64,000 nt of DNA. Source: Patescibacteria group bacterium. GTDB lineage: Bacteria; Patescibacteriota; WWE3; UBA101185; UBA10185. Position numbers and translations under genes: made by a program. The stretch lies in contig JAHJEV010000004.1 in assembly GCA_018825365.1 (NCBI GenBank), positions 27,527 to 91,526 of the forward strand, in the 5' to 3' direction. Positions 9,056 through 19,154 of the stretch are shown here, piece by piece; the stretch's first letter is position 1; every line of letters starts with the position of its first letter. The notes under the pieces were generated by a model. The model was not told the origin of the DNA. It saw nothing but the letters and a program-made list of their open reading frames with translations, and made no database searches.

Positions 9056-10366
9056 ATGAACATCTCAATGTTGGAGTCCGATATCCATGCTCATCGCTTC
9101 GTTCTAGAACTACTAGGAAAACCAAGCGAGAAAGATTTAGGTCTGTGGATATATCAAGAAGGAGGTCCGAAAACCATAGCAGTTTTTAGTCTAGCTTCCA
9201 GCCAAATGTTTCTCAAAGTTGGGAAAAGTAAATTAGCAGACCCCCACTCTTTAAAGGCAAATATCACCATTTGGGAACAAAAAGACATGCTCCCAAAACG
9301 CGGTGAAACTGCAAAGTGGGGACAACCAACAAAAGATTGGAATAAGGCTACAAGGAAAACTGTCACCCCATCTATAATGATTAATGCGGACATATTTGTC
9401 GCTTTAAATCAAAACACAGAACTCAACGACCTAGACCTTAATAGTCTAAAGGCTCAGCTCATAAGCTTGTCGAAAGTTTCCCTACCTGCAAATACTGAGG
9501 GACGAGCCGGGCACATTGCGTATACTTGTTTACCCCAGAATCGCGTGGTATATCCATCCAAGCTCAATGCTGTCTCAAAAAACGTTGATTTTATCTGGTA
9601 TGGAACTTCTGGATCGACGAACTTGGCCGAGTTATTACTCACCCTCGCACTTGGTTTTAAGTTAGAAAAGCCTGCAAAGTTTGATAACTACGGGGCCTCT
9701 AACGAAGAAAATCTTGCCGGGCAACTGGCCATGATTGGGTTTACCGATAGTCTATCCAGAAACACTGGAATAAACTTTGATCTCACAGTAACATCCACAG
9801 CCGAATGCATTCTTGAGAAGGTCAGCAAACCCATAAAAGATATTGCATGGGAGGTTGAAAAATCGCTGAGGCATTCGGTTGGATTGTGCCATCGCCTAGG
9901 AGAAAAATCAATAGCAACTGATTCATTCTCTTGGCTAAATCAAAATGGATGGAAAACCATAAAACAGCTGCACTCTGAGGGGTATAGTTTTGGCGGGGCA
10001 ATAATTTACTGGGCGTTTTATGCTCAGTCCAAAACAGGCAACCCGCCATTCTGCGCCATATTATATGATGGCTCCAAAGGTGCGGTTCACAAGCTGGCTG
10101 CCCAGTGGATGAAACCACCACACGGCTTGTGGATTTGCCCTACCGGTAACTTCCAAATTCTCCGAAAAGGTTATAAAAACCCCTACGAAGAATTCCACAT
10201 CCCAACCTTTCTCCAAACCCTTGAGCAAAAAGGTAATACAGCTCAAGTGCTTACCCAACTTTGGGAACTGGCTCTTGAAAGAGTACCTCTATCTCCCGAA
10301 AAAGTTGGAAGCGTTGTTATCGTTTTGGTCAATAACGACGGCAGTATTGAAGTGCAAAAAAGTTGA
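9056..10366 (+). CDS. hypothetical protein, first gene of the attenuated operon
   Basis: 436-aa ORF with GGAG RBS; family not recognised. Confidence 0.8.
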   Translation: MNISMLESDIHAHRFVLELLGKPSEKDLGLWIYQEGGPKTIAVFSLASSQMFLKVGKSKLADPHSLKANITIWEQKDMLPKRGETAKWGQPTKDWNKATRKTVTPSIMINADIFVALNQNTELNDLDLNSLKAQLISLSKVSLPANTEGRAGHIAYTCLPQNRVVYPSKLNAVSKNVDFIWYGTSGSTNLAELLLTLALGFKLEKPAKFDNYGASNEENLAGQLAMIGFTDSLSRNTGINFDLTVTSTAECILEKVSKPIKDIAWEVEKSLRHSVGLCHRLGEKSIATDSFSWLNQNGWKTIKQLHSEGYSFGGAIIYWAFYAQSKTGNPPFCAILYDGSKGAVHKLAAQWMKPPHGLWICPTGNFQILRKGYKNPYEEFHIPTFLQTLEQKGNTAQVLTQLWELALERVPLSPEKVGSVVIVLVNNDGSIEVQKS

Positions 10367-10486
10367 CCACTCAAAGGGAAGTCTGTTAGAGCGCAAGATA
10401 AATGCAATAACAGGCTTCCCGATGAATATTACAAATCTCAAATTAACGATCTCTGCCATAGAGCAGGATAGATCACAGAAAAACGT

Positions 10487-11191
10487 ATGAAACAGAAAAA
10501 CTTAAAAAAATTATTAATATTCAGCGCCCACCCGGACGACAACTTATCATGTGCGGGTACTGCCCTATTTCTCAAAGACGCAGGCTTTGAAATATCGGAA
10601 GTCGTATTTACTGGCGGTGAAAAAAGTATCAATTTATCGCAAAATAAGAAAACATTACCAAAAATAAGGAAAAAGGAGCTGGCAGACGCATCTAAAATAC
10701 TTGGAACAAAAAACATATACATGCTGGGGCAACCAGATAGTAACGTGGCAAGGACAACAAAACTGCTCGACAAAGTCATAAGTATTATCCGAAAAGAAAA
10801 ACCAACGATTGTTATAAGCGAAAACCCAAATGACTATCACTACGATCATCAGCAAGTCGGGAAAATTGTAACAGAAGCCGTAGAGCGTGCGGGCTGGGGA
10901 ATAAACCCAAAATTGGGTAAGAAGCATAAAACCCCAGTTGGTTTGTACATGGGAACACTCATAGAAAACGAAAGATCAGACATTCTCGTGGATATTACTA
11001 AGTACTGGAATCAGAAGATAAAGATGATGGAGACGTATGGATCACAGTTAGGGTCCGGTTCCTATGACTTTAATGAAGGACTCGCTAAGTATTTCGGATA
11101 CTACATACGTGTTAAGTATGCAGAAAGTTTCGAAATAATGAAAAACTATGCCATAAGACTCAACCAGTTGATAGAAATACTGTCCCAATGA
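10487..11191 (+). CDS. PIG-L family deacetylase (BshB1/MshB-like)
   Basis: AHPDD, DYHYDH, VDIT, YAESF motifs. Confidence 0.9.
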   Translation: MKQKNLKKLLIFSAHPDDNLSCAGTALFLKDAGFEISEVVFTGGEKSINLSQNKKTLPKIRKKELADASKILGTKNIYMLGQPDSNVARTTKLLDKVISIIRKEKPTIVISENPNDYHYDHQQVGKIVTEAVERAGWGINPKLGKKHKTPVGLYMGTLIENERSDILVDITKYWNQKIKMMETYGSQLGSGSYDFNEGLAKYFGYYIRVKYAESFEIMKNYAIRLNQLIEILSQ

Positions 11192-12327
11192 AGGAAACCA
11201 TGGATAACAAAAACAAAATTAAAATCTTAATAACGCAGGACTGTAATCCCCTCAAAGGGACAGGTATTTCTGTGGCAACCTATGGTGTAGCGAAGGAACT
11301 AGCAAAACTAGATTTTGAAGTTACATTTGCAACATATGATGTACCAAACAAGCTTGTAAAAGATCCGGGCAGTGGTGTAAATATAGTCAAACTCAACACT
11401 ATTCAAGATCTAACACAAAAAATTAAGGGTTCTGACGTAGTGATACCGGTAGTAAGTTTTTCTTCTGTCTTTAAGGCGTTCGGCACAACCGTATCCAAAA
11501 TATGTGAGAATGAGCATAAGCCATACATGCCCTGGGTGCACACATCTCTTCAAAACAGTAAGTTCAACAATATATATAACATCAAGGATTACGTCCAAGA
11601 AACTTCGATATTTTTGATGGCTGAGATGTTTAAAAGCCCATTCTGCAAAAAAATATTGGCTGTGAGTGAAGCAGTTAGAGATTCGGTTGTATCCTTAAGC
11701 GTACCCCCAAACAAAGTAGAGGTTATACTTAACGGGCTTGATTTGGTTAAAATAGGGAAAGAGCTGGAAACCCCAATTCAGAAAACAAACGATGTGATTT
11801 GCATACAACGTCTACACCCAGAAAAAGGAAGTCCATTGACCATTGCAGTATTTGCAAATCTGAAGAAACTAATCCCTGATTTTAAAGCGATAGTAGTTGG
11901 AGATGGTGAGGATATCGATATGGTTCAGTCACTAATCAAAATGTTCGGGCTGACAAAAAATATTACTACTATCCCTACCGTCATAAACGGCGAGCTTATA
12001 AAGTTAATTCAAAAGTCAAAGGTGTTTTTAAGCACATCGCTAACCGAATCATTTGGATTAGCAATTGCTGAGAGCATGTATATAGGAACACCGGTGGTAG
12101 CACCAAATATCGAAGGTCCAAAAGAACTATTAGAAAATGGGCTAAATGGGTTTGTTTTCGACTCTGGGGACACCCTAACACCAGCTAAAATAATTGCCGG
12201 TATTCTAAATAATGAAATAGTTACTGTAGAAAAAACAAAAAATGCAGTACAAAAAATCGAGCATGACTGCGATATAACAATACAAAGTGAGAAGCTTGCG
12301 CGGTTAATTAAAAAAACCTTAACTTAA
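11188..12327 (+). CDS. glycosyltransferase family 4
   Basis: AVSEAV, ILNGLD, RLHPEKG, ESFGLAIAESM..GTPVV. Confidence 0.92.
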   Translation: MKETMDNKNKIKILITQDCNPLKGTGISVATYGVAKELAKLDFEVTFATYDVPNKLVKDPGSGVNIVKLNTIQDLTQKIKGSDVVIPVVSFSSVFKAFGTTVSKICENEHKPYMPWVHTSLQNSKFNNIYNIKDYVQETSIFLMAEMFKSPFCKKILAVSEAVRDSVVSLSVPPNKVEVILNGLDLVKIGKELETPIQKTNDVICIQRLHPEKGSPLTIAVFANLKKLIPDFKAIVVGDGEDIDMVQSLIKMFGLTKNITTIPTVINGELIKLIQKSKVFLSTSLTESFGLAIAESMYIGTPVVAPNIEGPKELLENGLNGFVFDSGDTLTPAKIIAGILNNEIVTVEKTKNAVQKIEHDCDITIQSEKLARLIKKTLT

Positions 12328-12347
12328 GTTAAATCTTCTTAGGTTTC

Positions 12348-13487
12348 TTAGCGCAACGTTGCATTAAGTTTTTCCATCAACAAAGAGTAAAACCTCAGAT
12401 TGTGAATAGTCGCAAGCCGATACGCTGTCATATCTTCTATTCTAAATAGATGCGCTAAGTAGGCTCTAGAATATTTTTTACACAGTAAACAATCGCACGC
12501 TTTACTTATGGGATCCGTGTCAGTGTAATACTTTTGTTTATCCGGAACGAAATAACTATAAAACCTTTCCTTTCTAACATCTATCTCGTCCATAGAGTCG
12601 GCATTAAAAACATACAACCTTCTGTGTCTTGCATCTCTTGTTGGAAGCACACAATCGAATATGTAAAATCCTAAATCAAAACATTTAACAATCTCATCCG
12701 GTTTTCCCACTCCCAAACCATAAAGCATGTAATTCGCCGGAGAGTTTTCCGCAATTACCCTTGGAACATCAAAATTAAACTTTCCCGTATCCATAATCGG
12801 CCAACCTCCATAACCCAAACCGTCAAACCCTATTTCAACAAGCTTTTTTGTGCAGTATTCTCTTAAATCCAGAAAATCTCCTCCCTGAACAACCCCAAGC
12901 AGGTAAGGTCTTTCACTTTTCTGTAATTCCATCTCCTTGCAGATTTTTAAAAACTCATCTTTGGATCTTTTTGCCCACAAAAGTGTTCTTTCAACCGATA
13001 CTTTGGCTTGCCCATAGTTTGCTTTTGGATCCGTAAAATCATCAAGAACCACACACATATCCGGCTTAAGAAGCATTTGAAATTTAATAGAAATCTCCGG
13101 GGTTAGTTTTAGCTTTTTGTCCCCCTGAGGTTTGAATGTGACACCCTCATTTGTAACCGAACCTTTATTTTTGGATGATTTTGCCAAAGTCATAACCTGA
13201 AACCCACCAGAATCTGATATAACTGCCCCGTTCCATGACATAAATTGTCTTATTCCATTATGCTTTTCCAGTATTTTTTGACCTAAATCTCTATACAAGT
13301 GGTATGTGTTAACCAAAATTCCCGGTGTTTTGGTGCTTTCTATATCAGTTGAATCAAGTGTCCTTAAAACTGCCTTTGTGGCATCCGGAAAAAACACAGG
13401 CAGCGGAACCATGTTTTGTCTGGAACGAAACTTCAGGGTGCTTCTTTTTTCTATCTTTTTTGACTCCACATGGGAAATATTACACAT
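12348..13487 (-). CDS. tgt: tRNA-guanine transglycosylase
   Basis: NTYHL, SDSGGFQV, GVVQGG, FDCVLPTR, CDCLLC, HNL. Confidence 0.92.
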   Translation of the reverse strand: MCNISHVESKKIEKRSTLKFRSRQNMVPLPVFFPDATKAVLRTLDSTDIESTKTPGILVNTYHLYRDLGQKILEKHNGIRQFMSWNGAVISDSGGFQVMTLAKSSKNKGSVTNEGVTFKPQGDKKLKLTPEISIKFQMLLKPDMCVVLDDFTDPKANYGQAKVSVERTLLWAKRSKDEFLKICKEMELQKSERPYLLGVVQGGDFLDLREYCTKKLVEIGFDGLGYGGWPIMDTGKFNFDVPRVIAENSPANYMLYGLGVGKPDEIVKCFDLGFYIFDCVLPTRDARHRRLYVFNADSMDEIDVRKERFYSYFVPDKQKYYTDTDPISKACDCLLCKKYSRAYLAHLFRIEDMTAYRLATIHNLRFYSLLMEKLNATLR

Positions 13488-13535
13488 AAAGGTGAAAATG
13501 AAAAGTGAAAACTAGATCTAATCTATCAAAAAATT

Positions 13536-14189
13536 CTATCTTTCCTGGGATTTTAAAATGAATATCTTTATCGCCTCACCTTGTCTTTCTTTTTCTATTC
13601 CGTTAAGTACCATTTTCCAGTCTTTGATTAGATCTTGGAGCCTCTCATACAAAATCGCGGCTGCCTCGTTTCTGTTTTCAATTGTATTTCTACTCACTTT
13701 TGCATTGGCAAAAAGACCTGTAATTGTATGCTTGTATAAAACGGCGTTCGCTACCTTATTTACGTTTTGTCCGCCTGGGCCTCCCGCTTTGTACTGACTG
13801 TAGTCCAAATCTTCCGTTTTTATGTACGGCTCATTAAATTCAAGTGATTTTAACAACCAATCGGTATATCTATCAATATTTCTTTGATTAACTTCTGGAT
13901 TGTCTGATTTTGGAAAGTGTTCCAGAGATTTTACTACTTTGTCTTCTGCCTCTTTTCTCCTTGAGATTTCCGCATCTTCAATGTTTGATTTTGCTATTGC
14001 GGCGTTTGTTTTGCTTCGGGATGGACCCCCACCACCTCTTTTTCCTCCCCCATCTCCTCTTAATTCTTCTTCTATCTTCTCTCCAAATTCCTCCAGATCG
14101 TCTGCGGGTAAGTTTATGCTTAAGTTTGAAATCGAAAGTACTTTTGCCATATAAAAATTATAGCAATAATAAGTACCAACAAGAAACAA
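13536..14189 (-). CDS. GGQ-motif peptide chain release factor-like protein (ArfB/PrfH-like)
   Basis: AGGPGGQNVNKV; true start may be about 14150. Confidence 0.8.
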   Translation of the reverse strand: MFLVGTYYCYNFYMAKVLSISNLSINLPADDLEEFGEKIEEELRGDGGGKRGGGGPSRSKTNAAIAKSNIEDAEISRRKEAEDKVVKSLEHFPKSDNPEVNQRNIDRYTDWLLKSLEFNEPYIKTEDLDYSQYKAGGPGGQNVNKVANAVLYKHTITGLFANAKVSRNTIENRNEAAAILYERLQDLIKDWKMVLNGIEKERQGEAIKIFILKSQER

Positions 14190-14206
14190 AAAACCGGAAT
14201 TTTGAT

Positions 14207-14470
14207 TTATTCCGGTTCAATTGGTATCCCTAATGCACCCCAATCTGGGATCTGGGCTAAATCAGGATTAGATTCCACATGGACTTTAAATTCCTCCAAA
14301 GTAAGCGGCTTTTTAAACCCCACCCACAATATGCCAAAGCCTATTCTTTGAAGAATCGCACGCATTTTCTCTTCGGAGTGAAAAACCCCGGGATTGTGGT
14401 TTAAAACAAATACCCATTTGTACAAGCCTCCGCCCCAAACAACTTTTTCCAGGTAGTTAATGATGACCAT
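14207..14470 (-). CDS. hypothetical protein
   Basis: 87-aa ORF with AGGAGA RBS. Confidence 0.6.
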   Translation of the reverse strand: MVIINYLEKVVWGGGLYKWVFVLNHNPGVFHSEEKMRAILQRIGFGILWVGFKKPLTLEEFKVHVESNPDLAQIPDWGALGIPIEPE

Positions 14471-14520
14471 GCTTCTCTCCTTCTTATATCTGATCTTGGA
14501 AACCGATTATATGTCTATAG

Positions 14521-14940
14521 TTACTCCAAATCAATAACAGCAGCTAAACATTGGGCAATATGTTTCAGATCTCTCTCTGACCCAAGTTTAGCTAAATGTA
14601 GTATCCTTCCAGGCATGGGAAATAGTCTCAACCCTCTTTTTCTTTCATTTTCCCTCTTGTAATCAAGGGTTTCTTGATTGGTAGCTGTGGTTAAATCTAT
14701 ATGAACCCACTCTTTTGTTTTGGGGTTATAAATAACACAATCTCCCCCTCCATTTAAGTCTTCCTCTTCAGCAGTCCTTCTAAAAACAATGCGGTCAAAT
14801 TCCTTTTTCTGTAATTCGTCTTCCTTGGTTACCTCTTTTAACCCGAACTTATCTTTCAAAATAGTGTATAGGTCGTCTTCTGCCTCATGACCTTTATCTA
14901 CAGCCTCCGTACTATAAACAATGCCAGCGTTATTGATCAT
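14521..14940 (-). CDS. hypothetical protein, possibly PD-(D/E)XK-like
   Basis: 139 aa; GHEAE..., D...GGDC...IDLT pattern. Confidence 0.55.
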   Translation of the reverse strand: MINNAGIVYSTEAVDKGHEAEDDLYTILKDKFGLKEVTKEDELQKKEFDRIVFRRTAEEEDLNGGGDCVIYNPKTKEWVHIDLTTATNQETLDYKRENERKRGLRLFPMPGRILHLAKLGSERDLKHIAQCLAAVIDLE

Positions 14941-15001
14941 ACAAATAAATTAAATCATAAGCATCTTCTAATCTCAACAAAAATCCACTATTATTAACTT
15001 A

Positions 15002-16957
15002 ATGCCCAGCAAAACAAACTTTGTTAAAAAACTACTAACCCTGTCTCTTTTTTCAATCATAGGTTTGTTCCTTAGTTTTAATACCTTTGCAGCCGATATC
15101 AGCGCTCCAATAACGTCAGCAACCAAAGATCCTTCTGAGCCAAACGGTAACAATAATTGGTATGTAACACCCGTAGAAATAACATTAGAATCAACGGATC
15201 TTGGTAGCGGAGTGAAGGAAATAAACTATAAAATAGACTCACTTGCTTGGCAGAAAGTTGATTTTTCAAACTCATTAAATCTCGCCCCAAACCCATCCTT
15301 TGAATTCTCCGACGAAAATCCACCGATAAACACCAAAGACTGGGTCGTCGGAACGATAGATGAATTCGTTAATTACACAAGAGACGCATCAGAATATAAA
15401 CCGGGTTTTGAAACAACTTCTGTAAAAATAACATCGACAGGCTCATCCTGGCACTCAATAAACCATGCTGATACCTTTGCCGTTGCAACCCCATACAGCA
15501 ACATGAACGCGTATGCGTGGATTAAGACCGGTGGTGTAGCCGGTAGCGCATACTTTAAAGTTTATGCAGTCTCCCAAGATCTTTTAGGAGTAAAAACTGT
15601 AACCCCACTTGCCACAAGTTCAACACTATCCGGAACCAACGACTGGACACAAGTATCGGTAAATTTTGTCGTCAGTGTCCCAAATGCAATAGGAGTTTAC
15701 ATAGAAATAGGGCTTGATGGCACAGGAACTATTTGGACAGATGCCGTAAATATAAGCAACTCTTTAAACCCTTCAACAACTTTTACTGTCTCTTCTGATT
15801 CCGAGCTTCACACAGTTTTGTACTATGCGGTTGATAGAGCAGGAAACATTGAGGCAACAAAAACTCTAACCTTCAAGTTAGATCAGACTCCCCCGGGTAA
15901 CTGGAGAAATTCCGGAGCTGTAAGGGGACTTTTTGGATCGGATCACGAACTTTATGTATGGACCAATATAGATGATCTTACATCCGGTATATCCACTCTC
16001 ACAGACAAGTTTCAATACACAACCGACGACACTTCGGGATTTGGCATTTATACTAATTTGTTGTACTGCAACACCCCGTGGTTATCGGGTCATTGGGCCG
16101 CATTAATAAGTCCTCCCTTTATACCCGGAGTTCATTCAGCGTATTTAATTACTCCGAAAGTTGACTTTTGCAATAGCAATTGGAAAATCTGCAAATATGT
16201 TAGGTTTTATGCGGAAGATATGGCTGGAAACACAGCTGAAAAGGACATGTGTATTAATGGCCCCTGGATCAAAGTACGTGGAAAAGGAATTGTCAGATCC
16301 GATAGCACCATAGATATGCTTTCAGAAGCTGAAGATTACAACACTGATGGATTAATAGAAACCTTCGGCATGTATTCCAGCTTTTTTGACTCCTCGACAC
16401 ATTACCACGCAGCGGAAGCTCCTACCCCGCCTGATTATGACTACGATAAATTCTCAGCAATAACAACATCCTCCAAAACAACTATATCCACATCCGGAAA
16501 TTTAGTTTCTTCTTCCGGAGTTTATAAGATTGATGGAAACTACGTAGTAACGTCAGGAAAAATACCTGGCAACTATGGCAGTGCAACCTTCAATCAAATA
16601 GTTTTTGTGGACGGCGATTTGCGTATATCCAACAATATTAAGGTTGCCAGCGGTTCGACCGCACTTTTTATAGTTAAAGGAAATGTAGAAATATCTAAGA
16701 ATGTTGATAAGATAAGTGTTGGAATTATATCCAACGGAACAATATCGACAGCCTACGATATAACAGAGGGAGGGTTTTGCTCCACATTAGTAATGAAAGG
16801 TATTTTCATCGCAAATAAGTTTTTATTTACAAGAACCCTGCAAGGAACAAAAAATGATAAATACCCATCTGAAGATATAACCTACGAACCAAAATACGCA
16901 ATAAAGCTAGTTGACTATATGGGATTAAATGCCATTAAGTGGCTGTCTTCTGACTAA
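15002..16957 (+). CDS. secreted protein with Ig-like and carbohydrate-binding-like domains
   Basis: signal peptide; GNNNWY..V..TL...D..SGV and YYAVDRAGN Ig-like halves flank an NPSFE CBM4/9-like domain. Confidence 0.75.
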   Translation: MPSKTNFVKKLLTLSLFSIIGLFLSFNTFAADISAPITSATKDPSEPNGNNNWYVTPVEITLESTDLGSGVKEINYKIDSLAWQKVDFSNSLNLAPNPSFEFSDENPPINTKDWVVGTIDEFVNYTRDASEYKPGFETTSVKITSTGSSWHSINHADTFAVATPYSNMNAYAWIKTGGVAGSAYFKVYAVSQDLLGVKTVTPLATSSTLSGTNDWTQVSVNFVVSVPNAIGVYIEIGLDGTGTIWTDAVNISNSLNPSTTFTVSSDSELHTVLYYAVDRAGNIEATKTLTFKLDQTPPGNWRNSGAVRGLFGSDHELYVWTNIDDLTSGISTLTDKFQYTTDDTSGFGIYTNLLYCNTPWLSGHWAALISPPFIPGVHSAYLITPKVDFCNSNWKICKYVRFYAEDMAGNTAEKDMCINGPWIKVRGKGIVRSDSTIDMLSEAEDYNTDGLIETFGMYSSFFDSSTHYHAAEAPTPPDYDYDKFSAITTSSKTTISTSGNLVSSSGVYKIDGNYVVTSGKIPGNYGSATFNQIVFVDGDLRISNNIKVASGSTALFIVKGNVEISKNVDKISVGIISNGTISTAYDITEGGFCSTLVMKGIFIANKFLFTRTLQGTKNDKYPSEDITYEPKYAIKLVDYMGLNAIKWLSSD

Positions 16958-18387
16958 AACTTCTTCTTTATCTTGTAAGTTCCATCCGGTAAATCTTCGA
17001 TAATATATCCCAAATCTACAGCCTCTCTTCTCAAAACATCGGCTTTATCCCAAATTCCATTTTTCCTATACTCTTTCCTCATCTTAGCTATATCAGAAAT
17101 GTTATCCGGTATCTCATACCCAATGTGTTCATCAAGTTTTAATCCCATAAACTCATCCAGTTTCAAAATAGTATTAAGCTTAGAAGATTCGGGGATATTG
17201 CTCTTTAAAAGCTCCCAAACTACCGCCAAAGCCTCAGGCATATTCAAATCATCGTCCAGTGCATCTTTGAATTTCTTAACGTATTTTTCGGATATTTCAG
17301 CATTCGGGTCCTGTTCGTAACTTCCTATTATTTCATATATTTTTCTTAAAGAATTTTGGGCATTCTGCATTGATTCCCAAGTGAAATTAAGAGGTGCTCT
17401 ATAACTTGCGGTCATAAATAAGTATCTTAAATCCATTGCGGTGTAACCTCTCAGTTTTATATCATTTAGAGTATAAACATTACCCAAACTCTTACTCATC
17501 TTCCCCCCATCAATACTTAGAAATGCTCCATGAACCCAGTAATTTACGAATTTTTTGCCTGTTGCACACTCACTTTGAGCAATTTCGTTCTGATGGTGAA
17601 TCATTTTTAAGTCTTCTCCGCCCACATGAATATCTATGCTATCCCCAAGCTCAGCCAAAACCATAGCAGAACATTCAAGATGCCAGCCCGGGAAACCCAC
17701 GCCCCAGGGAGACTGCCATTCTTGTTGTCTCTTTTTGTCTTTCGGGGAAAATTTCCATAATGCAAAGTCTGTAGAATTTTTCTTTTCCGGATTTACTTCT
17801 ACCCTAGCACCTTCCTTGACATCTTCAACCGACAAGCCTGACAATTCTCCGTATTTTTTAAACTTGGAAGTATCAAAATATACCCCATCAGATGTTTCAT
17901 ATGTGTAGCCTTTCTCTTCAAGCGTGGCTATTAGATCTATCTGGTTGTCTATATACTCCGAAGCTTTTGTAAACTTTCTTGGTTGAGTGAGATTAAATTC
18001 TTTGTAATCACTTAAAAAGCTGTCTATATAAAATTTGGTGATTTCTTTGGCTGTTTTTCCTTCTTCCAGAGCCTGTTTTTCAACTTTATCCTCCCCGCCT
18101 TCCGGGTCATCCCCTACCTCAAAAAGATGCCCCACATCAGTCAAATTCATTATAAAATCAGTCTTTAATCCATTGAGATTTAAAACTCTATTTACTAAAT
18201 CGGCAAGTAGGTAGGTTCTCCAATTACCGATATGAGAATGTACGTAAACTGTAGGTCCACAGCAATAAATTTTCACTTTTTCCAGGTCAATCGGTTTGAA
18301 ATCTTCGACTTGTTTAGTAAGTGAGTTATAGATTCTCATATTGAGTAAAATTTTATCACAAAGACTCGAAAGATTCCTAAGTATCAA
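16954..18387 (-). CDS. cysS: cysteine--tRNA ligase
   Basis: CGPTVY..HIGN, PGWHLECS, KMSKS; start likely about 18339. Confidence 0.97.
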   Translation of the reverse strand: MILRNLSSLCDKILLNMRIYNSLTKQVEDFKPIDLEKVKIYCCGPTVYVHSHIGNWRTYLLADLVNRVLNLNGLKTDFIMNLTDVGHLFEVGDDPEGGEDKVEKQALEEGKTAKEITKFYIDSFLSDYKEFNLTQPRKFTKASEYIDNQIDLIATLEEKGYTYETSDGVYFDTSKFKKYGELSGLSVEDVKEGARVEVNPEKKNSTDFALWKFSPKDKKRQQEWQSPWGVGFPGWHLECSAMVLAELGDSIDIHVGGEDLKMIHHQNEIAQSECATGKKFVNYWVHGAFLSIDGGKMSKSLGNVYTLNDIKLRGYTAMDLRYLFMTASYRAPLNFTWESMQNAQNSLRKIYEIIGSYEQDPNAEISEKYVKKFKDALDDDLNMPEALAVVWELLKSNIPESSKLNTILKLDEFMGLKLDEHIGYEIPDNISDIAKMRKEYRKNGIWDKADVLRREAVDLGYIIEDLPDGTYKIKKKF

Positions 18388-18398
18388 TTACCACTAAA

Positions 18399-19043
18399 TT
18401 ATATTTCTAATCTGCCGTCCAAAGCGCGGCTCAAAGTAATATCATCTGCATATTCAATGTCCCCTCCAACCGGAAGGCCTCTTGCAATTCGTGTTATTTT
18501 TACCTTATCTGAACCTATACCTCTTTCTCTTATTAGCTTTGCGATGTACATCGCTGTCGACTCACCTTCCATGTTCGTATTCATTGCCAATATAACCTCA
18601 ATAGTCTTCATCGCATCTACTGAGTCAAAAGAGTTCTCACTAATCAAACTTCCTAATCTGTCAAGAAGTTCTTTAATAAAAATTTCTTCCGGACCAATGT
18701 TGTTAAGAGGATCAATAATTCCATGAAGGACGTGGTAAACACCTTTGTAATTTGTTTTTTCTAAAGCAAAGGCATCTAACGGATGCGAAACAACCGCAAT
18801 TAATCTTTTTTCTCTAGTAGGATCACCACAAACTGAACATATATCATATTCTGTTACATTTTTACATATGGAACAGAGCTTGGTTCCTTTTTTTAAACCC
18901 ACCAAGGATTCACTGAATTTTTCTAATTCTTCTTGGGGAAAATGTAGCAGGAAAAATGTAAGCCTTTGAGCAGTCTTAGGACCAATACCCGGGAGTCTTT
19001 CAAAGTATTCTATTAAGCTGGATATTGGTTTAGGTAATTTCAC
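18399..19043 (-). CDS. recR: recombination mediator RecR
   Basis: LPGIGPKTAQRL, C4 zinc finger, RIARGLPVGGDIEYAD. Confidence 0.97.
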   Translation of the reverse strand: MKLPKPISSLIEYFERLPGIGPKTAQRLTFFLLHFPQEELEKFSESLVGLKKGTKLCSICKNVTEYDICSVCGDPTREKRLIAVVSHPLDAFALEKTNYKGVYHVLHGIIDPLNNIGPEEIFIKELLDRLGSLISENSFDSVDAMKTIEVILAMNTNMEGESTAMYIAKLIRERGIGSDKVKITRIARGLPVGGDIEYADDITLSRALDGRLEI

Positions 19044-19154
19044 GTTAGTATTTTATCATACAATAAATTCAAAGATTTATTATTCCCACGTTATAAACCC
19101 CTCTCCTCCACAAAAATCCTTGGCTAGCCATTAGGGAACAAGTTTGAACTACCG

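Noticed and set aside
10364-10366. Genome-wide TGA recoding (genetic code 25)
   Set aside because: Long conserved genes translate intact under code 11, and TGA acts as a stop in ATGA overlaps (for example def-fmt, rplK-rplA).
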